Shown: in pieces, positions 53,225-62,387 of the stretch
Layout of the letters: the number at the start of each line of letters is the position of its first letter
Position numbering within the stretch: position 1 is the stretch's first letter
From: a virus
Virus record (IMG/VR): IMGVR_UViG_3300042503_002645
Span: 1-64,000 of that record
DNA: 64,000 nt
Direction: 5' to 3' (one strand)
Translations under genes and position numbers: made by a program
The notes under the pieces: model-generated
Seen by the model: only the letters and a program-made list of their open reading frames with translations
Databases searched by the model: none
What the model was told of the DNA's origin: nothing

Positions 53225-56113
53225 ATGAGCGGATCATCGGCTCCCAAGCCCGTGGGGCAGACTCCACAAACTAGCCAGGCGACGGCCTACGACCCGACCC
53301 GGCAGGCCCGGCAAGTGCAGGCGGCAACGCAGTACGGCAGCCGCAACGCCACTTCTGCCCTCGGCGCCCAGCTCAGCGCCGTTGCCGACCCTAACTGCAA
53401 GCACGTCGGCTACAAGCTCGGGTTTCAGGACACCGGGCGCCTCTGCCTCGGCTGGATCGTCGACGGCACGGCGATCGCCAACTGTTACCGCGTCCAGGTC
53501 GAAAAGGGCCGGGCGCCCCTGATGGCCGCCACGCTGTCCGGCACCAGCCAGGCCTGTTTCGGGGCGTCGGAGATCAACACCTATACGCCGGGCACGCCCG
53601 TCGTGTTGATGATCCACGACAAGGTTGACCTGGCGTACATTCTCGGCGCCGCGCCCAGCGTCCTCGACGTGGCTTACCGGGGCTATCACGACTACATCTC
53701 GCAGATGTCGCGGAAGCGAGTCGACGACTGCCACAAGAAGTACCTCAAGATGCCGATGAGCGGCGAGGTGAGCGACCTGAGCGCCTGGCGTCCGGTCGAT
53801 GCCACGCTGGCCAGCGAGTGGGGCGCCGTCAGCACTACCGGCCTGCGCGTTACGCTCGACGACTTCATGGCGCAGCTGTCCGTGAACGAGTTTACGGGCG
53901 TGTTCGGCTTCTACCACGATTCGCTGCTGCGTGTGGCGGGCTACAACATGCAGACCTGGACCGGCGGCGCGGAGCGCGACGCTTTCGTGGACCAGGGCGA
54001 GTACAACGACTACCAGGGGTACTCGCCGTACCCGTGGGAGGCGATGGGGCTGCTCGAGACCGGCACCGAGAACATCCAGGAGTACGGACCGCTTTCGTAC
54101 CTCTGCCCGCAAGGCAGGCCGTACTACGCCCACTTCGAGAACAAGCACGAGTACCAGCAGCCGTTCCACCGGACGCAGGTGTTTCAGGGCTATCTGGGTC
54201 AGGGGCAGCGCACGCTCGTGCAGGCGCCGCCGCAGGGCGTGGACCGCTGGACGTACAAGCCCGGTGATCAGGGCCCGCAGGGCGGCGTTTACGACTCAAA
54301 CGTCGAGGCGGAAAACACAGAGCCGCCGCAGTGCGAACAGGGCCCGGCCAAACTGCGCGACTTCCCCAACGAAAACACGCCCGCCATCGGCCTGCATGAA
54401 GACAACATCGCGGCGGACGGTCGGCGTTTCATGGCCAGCGCCAAGGGCATTATCATCGCCAAGCGCATGATGATTCCGGCCCCGGCGCGCCTGAAGCGCC
54501 CGGAAGCGGGAGACGGCGACGACGCGGAGAAAGACTACAAGGCCGCGGGGAAGTTCGGCTCCGGGCCCGAGCATACGATCACCGGCGACATCCAGGCCGA
54601 GGGCGATTTTCCAAACCTGCAGCGCGCTAGCGGCGTTATGGACCTGCACGCCTACCTGTTCAACTACGCCGGGATCCACCCATTCTTCTGGCACACAAAA
54701 GACTTCAAAACCTGGGAACACAGCGAGCTCGAGTACGCCGACGCAAACCAGGTCGTGCCCGACTTTACGTCGCTCAAGGGTTCGATGTATCTCGAGGCGC
54801 CGCAGCCCAAGCAGCTGTACGTCGACCACCGCTACAAGCAGCAAGACTTCTACGAGACCACGTCGCACGTTTCACTGCTTGATGACGGCAGCGTGGTGAT
54901 CGGTGACGGTTACGGCGCCGAGATCCGAATGAGCGCGGGGACTGTTACCATTTCGGCGCCGGGCGACGTCTGGCTCAAGAGCGGCCGCCACGCGCAGGTC
55001 TGGTCCGGCGGCGACACGATCGTCCGCGCGGCTGGCAACGTCGACGTTTCGACCACCGAAAAGAGCATCCGGCTCAAGAGCGAGAAGGACGTCATGGTCC
55101 TCGCCGGAAACGAGGGCGGCGCGGGCGGCGTGCTCATCGAGAGCCGGTCCAAGCTTCAGACCTACGACTTTGAGAAGGGCGGCGAAGAAGTACAGTTTGG
55201 CGGCGTCGTGCTGCGTTCGCCACACTCCAGCGTTGTGAACCTCGCGCACCAGATCTACCTGCGCACGGGCGGCGGCGGGAGCGAGATTCAGCCCGGAAAC
55301 ATCACCATCGACGCGGGCAAGGGCGAAGCTGACCTGGTGACCAAGAGCAGCCAGCTCTTTCATTACGTCGGCCAGAGCGGGCAGATTTGCCACTTCTTCC
55401 GCGGCAGCGCAGACGACGCCACGCAGAAGGCCAACTACTTCAGCAGCAATTTCACGCTGCTCACCGGGCCGCTTGGTGTGGACGGACCGGCGATTGTTGC
55501 CGGGCCGGTGCTGGCCAACGGCAGTATCTACACGAACAGCGGCCATATCTACACACAGCAGGCGGCCTCCGGCAGCGTGTTCGTGCTCCCATGCGACGGC
55601 AACTGCGCGGGCCAGATTGAAGAAGCGATTCAGAAAGTTCGCGAGTACGTCGAGCAGATCTTGCCCGACACCGGCGACAACGTGGACGCGTCCTACCTCG
55701 AAGGCCTCTGGTACGAGGCCAAGCAGGCTGGCAACGCTGATGTCATGGACAGCATGGAGTTCAGCTTCCGCACCGACGACCAGTACAACATTCCCGATTT
55801 TGTGCTGTTCGAGGACCGGTGGCAGCAGATGGCGCGGCTGGCGAACAATGTGCCGGAGCGCTGGACGGAGCGCGCGGTCACATCCAAGAAAGCGGGCGAG
55901 ACGTACCCGTTCCCCGGCAAGAAGTGGCTGGCCGAGTCCGACGCGTTCCTGACGCAAGATTTCAGTCTGGTGGACTTCAACGGCGACGGCCTGGTCGACA
56001 AGCCGCGCGGCAGCGACGGCGATCTCGCCAGTGAGTACGCCGAGCCCCGCTTCTCGAGCGAGCAGAGAACGAAGATTAACGGGCAGTACCCGATTGTTGG
56101 CGTTGTCAAGTAA
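53225..56113 (+). CDS. Baseplate central spike (gp5/VgrG/gpV-like)
   Basis: N-terminal OB-fold-like region (GWIVD...YRVQV...YTPGTPVV) and beta-helix repeats SHVSLLDDGSVVIGDGYGAEIRMSAGTVTISAPGDVWL. Confidence 0.65.
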   Translation: MSGSSAPKPVGQTPQTSQATAYDPTRQARQVQAATQYGSRNATSALGAQLSAVADPNCKHVGYKLGFQDTGRLCLGWIVDGTAIANCYRVQVEKGRAPLMAATLSGTSQACFGASEINTYTPGTPVVLMIHDKVDLAYILGAAPSVLDVAYRGYHDYISQMSRKRVDDCHKKYLKMPMSGEVSDLSAWRPVDATLASEWGAVSTTGLRVTLDDFMAQLSVNEFTGVFGFYHDSLLRVAGYNMQTWTGGAERDAFVDQGEYNDYQGYSPYPWEAMGLLETGTENIQEYGPLSYLCPQGRPYYAHFENKHEYQQPFHRTQVFQGYLGQGQRTLVQAPPQGVDRWTYKPGDQGPQGGVYDSNVEAENTEPPQCEQGPAKLRDFPNENTPAIGLHEDNIAADGRRFMASAKGIIIAKRMMIPAPARLKRPEAGDGDDAEKDYKAAGKFGSGPEHTITGDIQAEGDFPNLQRASGVMDLHAYLFNYAGIHPFFWHTKDFKTWEHSELEYADANQVVPDFTSLKGSMYLEAPQPKQLYVDHRYKQQDFYETTSHVSLLDDGSVVIGDGYGAEIRMSAGTVTISAPGDVWLKSGRHAQVWSGGDTIVRAAGNVDVSTTEKSIRLKSEKDVMVLAGNEGGAGGVLIESRSKLQTYDFEKGGEEVQFGGVVLRSPHSSVVNLAHQIYLRTGGGGSEIQPGNITIDAGKGEADLVTKSSQLFHYVGQSGQICHFFRGSADDATQKANYFSSNFTLLTGPLGVDGPAIVAGPVLANGSIYTNSGHIYTQQAASGSVFVLPCDGNCAGQIEEAIQKVREYVEQILPDTGDNVDASYLEGLWYEAKQAGNADVMDSMEFSFRTDDQYNIPDFVLFEDRWQQMARLANNVPERWTERAVTSKKAGETYPFPGKKWLAESDAFLTQDFSLVDFNGDGLVDKPRGSDGDLASEYAEPRFSSEQRTKINGQYPIVGVVK

Positions 56114-56123
56114 GGAGGCACGT

Positions 56124-57110
56124 GTGGAACTGGTAGAGAACCCGTACGTTTCTGATTTCACCAAGGCGACGCTCGAGCAGTTTGGCTGGAAGGTCGGCGA
56201 CGCCTTTCCAGCAACGCTCGGCGCGCTGCTGCTGCAGTTCAAGGAAACGGCGGCGCCCTCGTCGCGCACCGACGTGCTGGTGGACAGCGCGGGCCTCAGT
56301 CCGGCGCAGATTGCGGAGGTGCGCGCACTGCTGGCCGAGGCCAAACGGGTGGCGGCCAACCGCGATAAGACGGAAGCGGTCGAAGCGGAAACGCAGAACA
56401 TGTCTCCGGAAGTCGCGGCGCTCTACAAGACGCTTGAGGATGCCGGGCCGGAGATCGTCGACGACCGGGAAGCCCCGCCGCCCCCGCCGCCTGCTGCGCC
56501 CCAGACTCCCGCGCCGCCTGCCCCTGAACCCGCGCCTGCGGATGCCCCGGCAACCTCGGCGCCCATGGTGATCCTGCCGTTCTGCCCGCGCTGCGGCTGG
56601 GACATGCGGCAGAAGTTCGAGGTCGAGGTCACCGACAACGACAAGCAGGAGTTTCTGGCGTCGACCCTCGGTGGCCGCCGGTTCCAGCGCCGGTTTGATA
56701 TCTTTGGCGGCAAGCTGGTGCTGGTCTTCCGGTCGATGCTGGCCGAAGAAAACCGTCTGATCATGCGGCAGCTCGTGCTCGACCAGGCCTCGCAGGACAT
56801 CGTCACCGAGGACGAGTGGTTTCTTCGTCTCATGGAGTACCGCCTGGCTTGCTCGCTGGAACTCATGCTTGACGGAAACGGCAAGCCGCTGCATACCGTT
56901 CCGGAGCTGTCGCAGTTCCCGCACTCGCCGCCGCCGGACAAGCCACTGCAAACAGCCCTGGTGGGCCTGCGCGAGTTCGTGAACAACACGATCTTGCCGC
57001 ACGAGGTGACCCGGCGCATGGTTGGGCAGCAGCTGCGGTATTTCCAGCGGCTCGTTGAAGCCATTGAGGCTATGGCGCTCGAACCAAGTTTTTGGCACGG
57101 GATCGGGTAG
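56124..57110 (+). CDS. Putative tail assembly chaperone (with CPRCG knuckle)
   Basis: AAGGAGG RBS, GTG start; upstream of the tape measure gene; ends ..EPSFW. Confidence 0.55.
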   Translation: MELVENPYVSDFTKATLEQFGWKVGDAFPATLGALLLQFKETAAPSSRTDVLVDSAGLSPAQIAEVRALLAEAKRVAANRDKTEAVEAETQNMSPEVAALYKTLEDAGPEIVDDREAPPPPPPAAPQTPAPPAPEPAPADAPATSAPMVILPFCPRCGWDMRQKFEVEVTDNDKQEFLASTLGGRRFQRRFDIFGGKLVLVFRSMLAEENRLIMRQLVLDQASQDIVTEDEWFLRLMEYRLACSLELMLDGNGKPLHTVPELSQFPHSPPPDKPLQTALVGLREFVNNTILPHEVTRRMVGQQLRYFQRLVEAIEAMALEPSFWHGIG

Positions 57111-57499
57111 CAGCACTGATGGTGCGGGCTGCTGCGGCGGGAGTGGTCGACTACTCCCGCGCCGATCCCCAAGACGGTAAGTGGAGAATCAAGCACCGGC
57201 TGCTGCTGCAAGAACTCGAGCGGCAGGAGAACTACAAGCTGCTCGACGCGGTCCACCGGCAGTGGCTCAGCCATGTGTCGCACGGGCACCTTGTCGACGA
57301 GAGCTACCAGAACGTTAAAACGCACGCAAACGAAACGCTAGAGGCCCTGGAAGCCAACCTTTTCCCGTGGGCCGTGATCCCAAAACCCCAGGGTGAAAAA
57401 GATACAATAAGTCCCGACGCACAAATCGCGATCGAGAAGTACAAGCAGTATCGAGCCAGCTTGCAAAACGGCGAAGACAGCGATGCCCAACCCACTTGA
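57092..57499 (+). CDS. Putative second tail chaperone ORF (-1 frame extension)
   Basis: Overlaps the upstream ORF in the -1 frame across GTTTTTG, lacks a good RBS, and abuts the tape measure gene. Confidence 0.5.
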   Translation: MARDRVAALMVRAAAAGVVDYSRADPQDGKWRIKHRLLLQELERQENYKLLDAVHRQWLSHVSHGHLVDESYQNVKTHANETLEALEANLFPWAVIPKPQGEKDTISPDAQIAIEKYKQYRASLQNGEDSDAQPT

Positions 57500-60400
57500 T
57501 CCATTTTCCGGGGGTATGTTTCGGGTGCCGCACTACGGCCCGGGCCAGTCTGCGTCGATGATGCAGGACCCCATGTCGACAATGATCATGTTGTTCGGCA
57601 TGCCGATTCTGCAGCAGCAGCTGGGCGGGCGCGACAAGTTCTTGCCGCACCTCACGCCTAACCAGGCGTTGATGGACCAGTTCATGGCCTCGCAGTACCA
57701 GCGAGCAAACATGAACGCCACTCTTGCCGCGTCCCAGGCCGGGCAGGCGGCGGTGAGCAACCGGGTCGCCGGGCTTATGTCCATGATGACCGGGCAGCCC
57801 GTAACGCCCCTCAACCGGGAGCAGTCGGACAACATCGCCGGGGTCATTAACAACCCTGTCGTAAAGATGGTCTTGGGTCAGATGATCGGCCCGGACAACC
57901 TCGAAGCGGTCATGTTCGGCCGCCACGGCGACCCGAGCGCGCTGGCCGGTGCTGTGGGCCGGACGGGCTTCTTCCGCCAGGACCCCATGGGCGGGCAGCG
58001 GATGACGGCGAAATCCCTGGAAGAGTTCACAAAGTCGATTCACGCCAACCTGTACGGCGAGGGCGCCGACGTCGATCAGATGCGCGGCTTTATGGCCGGG
58101 CAGGCCGGGCAGATGTTCGAGAATCTGTTCCAGCGCGGCATGCTCCCCCAGAGCATCGGCGCCCTGACGCCTGCGGAGCGAGTGCGCGCCATCGGCGACG
58201 AGGCCCGGCGAGATGACGCCACGATGAACCGGCTGGCCGAGGAAATGGCGCGCACCGAGCTGATGCAAAGCACGGAACTGTTTGACGGCCGTCGCTTCGA
58301 CGAAGTCACCGAGCAAGAGCGCAAAACTATCCTCGAAGGGCGGCTGCCGACGTACCGCGGCCGCGTCGATGACACGATGCGGAAGATTGACGAATTCCGC
58401 AACAACGACCCACGCGCGTCGTCCGTCGAGGACATCGAGAAAAGCGCCGGGTTTGACTCCCTGGCGCGGAACGTTGACGGCGTGAAGGCCGCGAACAAGG
58501 TGAAAGAGTTCGCGGGCGCCGTGTCCGCCGTGCGCGAGATCTTCGGCGACAACGGCAATCCGAACGCCCCAATGCCTGCGCTGTTGGCAGCCCTGGACCA
58601 GCTCACGCAGGGCACGATGGCGCAGATGAGCACCGGCAAGGTTGAGAACACGCTGCGCCAGATGCGGCTGGCTGCTAAGGATGCCGGAATCGGCATGGAG
58701 CAGCTCATGGGCATGTCGGGCGAGATTAGCGCCTACGGCGACACGCTTGGCATTGCGCGCCCGATCTCGCTGCAGAACACGGTGAACGCCGCGTTGATGA
58801 CGCAGGCGATGCGGCAGGCCGGAAGCTTTGACAAGCCCGTCTTCGGCCGCATGGACCAGGCCACGGCGTCGCGCGAAGCGGCCATGCGTATCCAGCAGGG
58901 AGACGCGTCGGGCGTGGGCAAGACGCTGGCATCCATGGCCCGTGCCGTCGCAGAGAACCCGACGCAGTACGCGGGCACCGAGGTCGAGGCGCTTGTAAGC
59001 GCGTACAACAACGGTCAGGAAACGTACAACTTCGACGGCAAGACCGTGAACCTGGCGCAGCTGGCGGGCGTGGGCGGCGCTCCGGCGCTGGCCGAGTTGT
59101 TCACGCGGCCTGAGAACAAGGGCAACATGGCCACGCTGGAGATGTTCTCCTACGACCAGACGACGCAGCGCTACATGAAGCCAGGGTATGCGGTGCTGGC
59201 GCAGCGTTTTCAGCTCCAGCGCGACATGGCCAATTCGAATTTGGGCGGCGCGATCATGGACCTGGTCGACGCCAAGGGTTTCGAGAACGTGGCGGCCGGA
59301 CTGGGCATTCCGCTAACCGATCCGGACGCCGAGCGCTTCGGTTTCGGCAAGATGTTCGCAAGCGGCCTGGCCGACGTGATCCTCAGCGAAACGGGAAACA
59401 TGAACCCGGAGGAGCGCGTCGACTACCTGATGAAGGACAACCGGGTCGGGCGCATGCTCGAGCAGCAGTTCGTCGCGGCGGGGTACACCCCAGACGAAGC
59501 CAAGCGGCGGGCAGAGGCGTCAATGCCGCTGGTGATCGGAAACACGCCCGAGGAGCAGCGGGACCGGCTGGGGCGGTTCCTGTCGGCTGCAGACGTGGAC
59601 GCCCAAGCTATTACCGGTCGTTCGCTGGCGGCCAACGCTCAAATGCAAAGTCCAGCTGTCCAGGCGAATTACGTGCGAAACCAGCAGCGCTCAGAAGCGC
59701 GGTCGGAGCGTTACCGGGCCATGGCCATGGGCAACGAATCCAGTCTGCTCCAGCGCGTTTTCGAGGAGGTCGACAAAGTCTCCCAGGGCGAGACGTTTAG
59801 CCTGGAGCGCGTGGCCAACGTGCTCAGCGTTGCGGGCATGGAGCAAAAGTACGCCGCGGGCATTGCCGCGGGGCTCGAGTCGGCCTACGGCGAACGGGCC
59901 AAATTGTTTGTCTCTAAGCCTGAAGTGGATGACCTCAAGGCGCGCGCCGAGAAGGGCGACCAGGCGGCGATCAAGCAGCTCAAGTTCATGACCGGCGTTA
60001 AGGACGGCACCGAGGTCGTCTCGGCGGACGACATCAGCACCAAGCTCGGCCTTAAGTCGAACGAAGAAATCAACGACATCTACAAACGGCTCGTTGACGC
60101 GGGCGAAACAGACACGGCCAAGCAAATCACGGCGCTCTCCACCGCGGCGGGCATCGAGAACGTGGCGGGCGTGCTCGACCCGGACAAGGATCAGATCACG
60201 CAGGCGCAGCTTTCCAATCTGGCCGAAGGTACAGTTGGCCGGGTGTTCAAGGGGAGCACCGTCGAAGAGCAACGAGCCAGCCGAGACCGCGCCCGCGAAA
60301 TCGAAACTTACACGAACGCGGTCTACAACGCGGCCGGGCTCGAGACCGCCGCTGGCAGCCTGGCGACGGAGGCCGCGTCTGCGCGCAAGCTATCCGAGCC

Positions 60401-61001
60401 GCAAACAAAGGAGCTCCGCGAGCAGTACGCCAAGGCGCTGCAAGGGGACGCAGCGGCGTTGACCGCGCTCGAGAAAACCGAGTCCACAGATTCGATCACG
60501 CGGCTCAAGTCGCTGATCTCGGCGAAGACGGAAGCGGTCAAGGGCAACATCATGGCCGACGCGGGATTCCAGACCCGCTTCAGCACCGCCGACGACGCGC
60601 TCCAGCAACAGGAAGTCCAGAAGCGCGCCGAAGAGGTCACCAAGCAGAACAACGAGATCAAAGCGCGGGCCGCTGGCCGGGACCCCGCCGACGCAGCGCA
60701 GAAAGACACACCCGTTCCCGACGCCACGCAGCAGCTCGCCTCAGCGACACTGCAGGCCAGCACGGTGCAGCTCACGGCCCAGGCGGTCAACATGAACGCC
60801 GCCCCCGCCGTCGACGATGTCGCGTCTGGAACGCGGTCGCTCACGCCGTTGTCCGCCGTGGGTTCAGACGGGAACCAGCTCGTTGTGAACGGCACACTGA
60901 CCCTGGACAACATGCACCGAGCCGTGCTCGAGGTGGTGGGCGACAAGCCGCTGGAGACGCCGGACGGTCCGCCGATCATGAACGCACACGTTTACGGTTG
61001 A
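57483..61001 (+). CDS. Tape measure protein
   Basis: 1172 aa, helical, Ala/Met/Gln-rich, no Cys or Trp seen; canonical position after the chaperones. Confidence 0.75.
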   Translation: MPNPLDPFSGGMFRVPHYGPGQSASMMQDPMSTMIMLFGMPILQQQLGGRDKFLPHLTPNQALMDQFMASQYQRANMNATLAASQAGQAAVSNRVAGLMSMMTGQPVTPLNREQSDNIAGVINNPVVKMVLGQMIGPDNLEAVMFGRHGDPSALAGAVGRTGFFRQDPMGGQRMTAKSLEEFTKSIHANLYGEGADVDQMRGFMAGQAGQMFENLFQRGMLPQSIGALTPAERVRAIGDEARRDDATMNRLAEEMARTELMQSTELFDGRRFDEVTEQERKTILEGRLPTYRGRVDDTMRKIDEFRNNDPRASSVEDIEKSAGFDSLARNVDGVKAANKVKEFAGAVSAVREIFGDNGNPNAPMPALLAALDQLTQGTMAQMSTGKVENTLRQMRLAAKDAGIGMEQLMGMSGEISAYGDTLGIARPISLQNTVNAALMTQAMRQAGSFDKPVFGRMDQATASREAAMRIQQGDASGVGKTLASMARAVAENPTQYAGTEVEALVSAYNNGQETYNFDGKTVNLAQLAGVGGAPALAELFTRPENKGNMATLEMFSYDQTTQRYMKPGYAVLAQRFQLQRDMANSNLGGAIMDLVDAKGFENVAAGLGIPLTDPDAERFGFGKMFASGLADVILSETGNMNPEERVDYLMKDNRVGRMLEQQFVAAGYTPDEAKRRAEASMPLVIGNTPEEQRDRLGRFLSAADVDAQAITGRSLAANAQMQSPAVQANYVRNQQRSEARSERYRAMAMGNESSLLQRVFEEVDKVSQGETFSLERVANVLSVAGMEQKYAAGIAAGLESAYGERAKLFVSKPEVDDLKARAEKGDQAAIKQLKFMTGVKDGTEVVSADDISTKLGLKSNEEINDIYKRLVDAGETDTAKQITALSTAAGIENVAGVLDPDKDQITQAQLSNLAEGTVGRVFKGSTVEEQRASRDRAREIETYTNAVYNAAGLETAAGSLATEAASARKLSEPQTKELREQYAKALQGDAAALTALEKTESTDSITRLKSLISAKTEAVKGNIMADAGFQTRFSTADDALQQQEVQKRAEEVTKQNNEIKARAAGRDPADAAQKDTPVPDATQQLASATLQASTVQLTAQAVNMNAAPAVDDVASGTRSLTPLSAVGSDGNQLVVNGTLTLDNMHRAVLEVVGDKPLETPDGPPIMNAHVYG

Positions 61002-61018
61002 CCGGGGAGTAAATCTAC

Positions 61019-61570
61019 ATGGCTACTAGCGTATTCTCTCCGCGCACCGGCGCCGTCGTGAAGGTGAAGCCGGACGCGTCGACCACGGGGGTCTTCACGA
61101 TCACCGTGAACGGCGCCCCGCTCACGCTGCCGGTTACGGGCTTCGCGCTCGACATGAACACCAACCACCAGTTCCTGCACACGCTCAACGACTTCATTTA
61201 CGTTCATGTGTTCGGCGAGCGAATCGGGGAGCTGACCGTGTCGGGCATGTGCTTCATGGGCGACACCTGCAACAACCCCGAGCTGTCGGTGAAGAGCGCG
61301 CTGACGCAGTACAACCAGTACCGGCTCTCGAAGACCAAGCGCGGCTATCCGATCGCGCTCTCTGACGCGGGCACGTTTTGGGGCTTTCTGACCGGCATGC
61401 GCATCGACTCGGCTCGGCCCGACCTGATGATGGCGCAGTGGTCCATGCGGTTCCACGTCATCCAGAACAACAGCGGACCTATTTCCAGCCTCAACATGTG
61501 GCGCCCGCCGTCTTCAAACTACATGAACACGTTCCCGGGCGGCTTCCTGGACGGCCCCGTGCTTACCTAG
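61019..61570 (+). CDS. Tail tube initiator/baseplate protein (tube-like fold)
   Basis: N.QF..TL...IYV..FGERIG.L.VSG pattern; follows the tape measure gene. Confidence 0.6.
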   Translation: MATSVFSPRTGAVVKVKPDASTTGVFTITVNGAPLTLPVTGFALDMNTNHQFLHTLNDFIYVHVFGERIGELTVSGMCFMGDTCNNPELSVKSALTQYNQYRLSKTKRGYPIALSDAGTFWGFLTGMRIDSARPDLMMAQWSMRFHVIQNNSGPISSLNMWRPPSSNYMNTFPGGFLDGPVLT

Positions 61571-61583
61571 TCGGATTGCTGCC

Positions 61584-62387
61584 ATGATCAACCACGCACG
61601 CACCCTGTTGCTGAACGTACCCGGCGCGACGAGCAGCCACGCTGCCGTCGGCGAGGAGTACATTCCGCCGACGTACGCGCCGCTCCAGGAGCCGTCCTAC
61701 ACCCAGGCCGTGCGCCGCACGCTGCTTGGGACGTCGCCGGACCGGTACTTCCTGAACTTCCGTGCGCGGGAGCTGATGCATAACATTCACCAGACGGAGC
61801 TGGCCGAGTACGTCTACGCGCTGGACCCACGGGTGACGTACTGGCCGGAGGTGGACACGCCTTTCCTGGGCGCCGGGTCAAAGATATCTATTGCACGCGT
61901 CGCCGGGGCAGGCAACAGCCGCTTGGTCGTCGTGGGCCAGCCAGTTGCCGACAACGGCCGCGGTCGGGCGCTGCGCGAGTACGATGTCGAGGTAGACGCG
62001 ACCAACCTGACTGTCTCGGCGGTGCTCCTCCGCGGCGAGCCACGCGCGGCTGAAACCGCGCCGCTGGCCACGGTCGACGGTATGTCGGCGCCGGTGCGCG
62101 CACCGCGCAGCCAGCTTTCCGTTAAAGTGGCATTGCCCGAGACTGGCGACCGCTGGCGGTTGACTGCGCTGGCCCGGCCCGAGCCCGCGATCACCACGCT
62201 ACTACCGATCCTGGAAATTCTGGGCGAATCGGTGTTTCTTGGGTTGTTCGGCGTCGGTAACGCTGAGCCGTACAACACCTTCAAAAACCTGTGGCTCGAC
62301 CACCCCGATCCAGCGTACCGGTTGGGCGGTCTGACCATGGCGTTGATTTACCGCACGAACGACATCAGGAACGGTATCAATGTCTAG
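61584..62387 (+). CDS. Hypothetical baseplate-region protein
   Basis: Coupled ORF with native codon usage. Confidence 0.6.
   Translation: MINHARTLLLNVPGATSSHAAVGEEYIPPTYAPLQEPSYTQAVRRTLLGTSPDRYFLNFRARELMHNIHQTELAEYVYALDPRVTYWPEVDTPFLGAGSKISIARVAGAGNSRLVVVGQPVADNGRGRALREYDVEVDATNLTVSAVLLRGEPRAAETAPLATVDGMSAPVRAPRSQLSVKVALPETGDRWRLTALARPEPAITTLLPILEILGESVFLGLFGVGNAEPYNTFKNLWLDHPDPAYRLGGLTMALIYRTNDIRNGINV

Noticed and set aside
49752-53267. Long minus-strand ORFs (e.g. 49752-53267, 25718-27835, 33414-35159, 3238-4605)
   Set aside because: Antisense shadows of well-supported + strand genes, expected from GC-rich codon bias. They carry no recognisable motifs.
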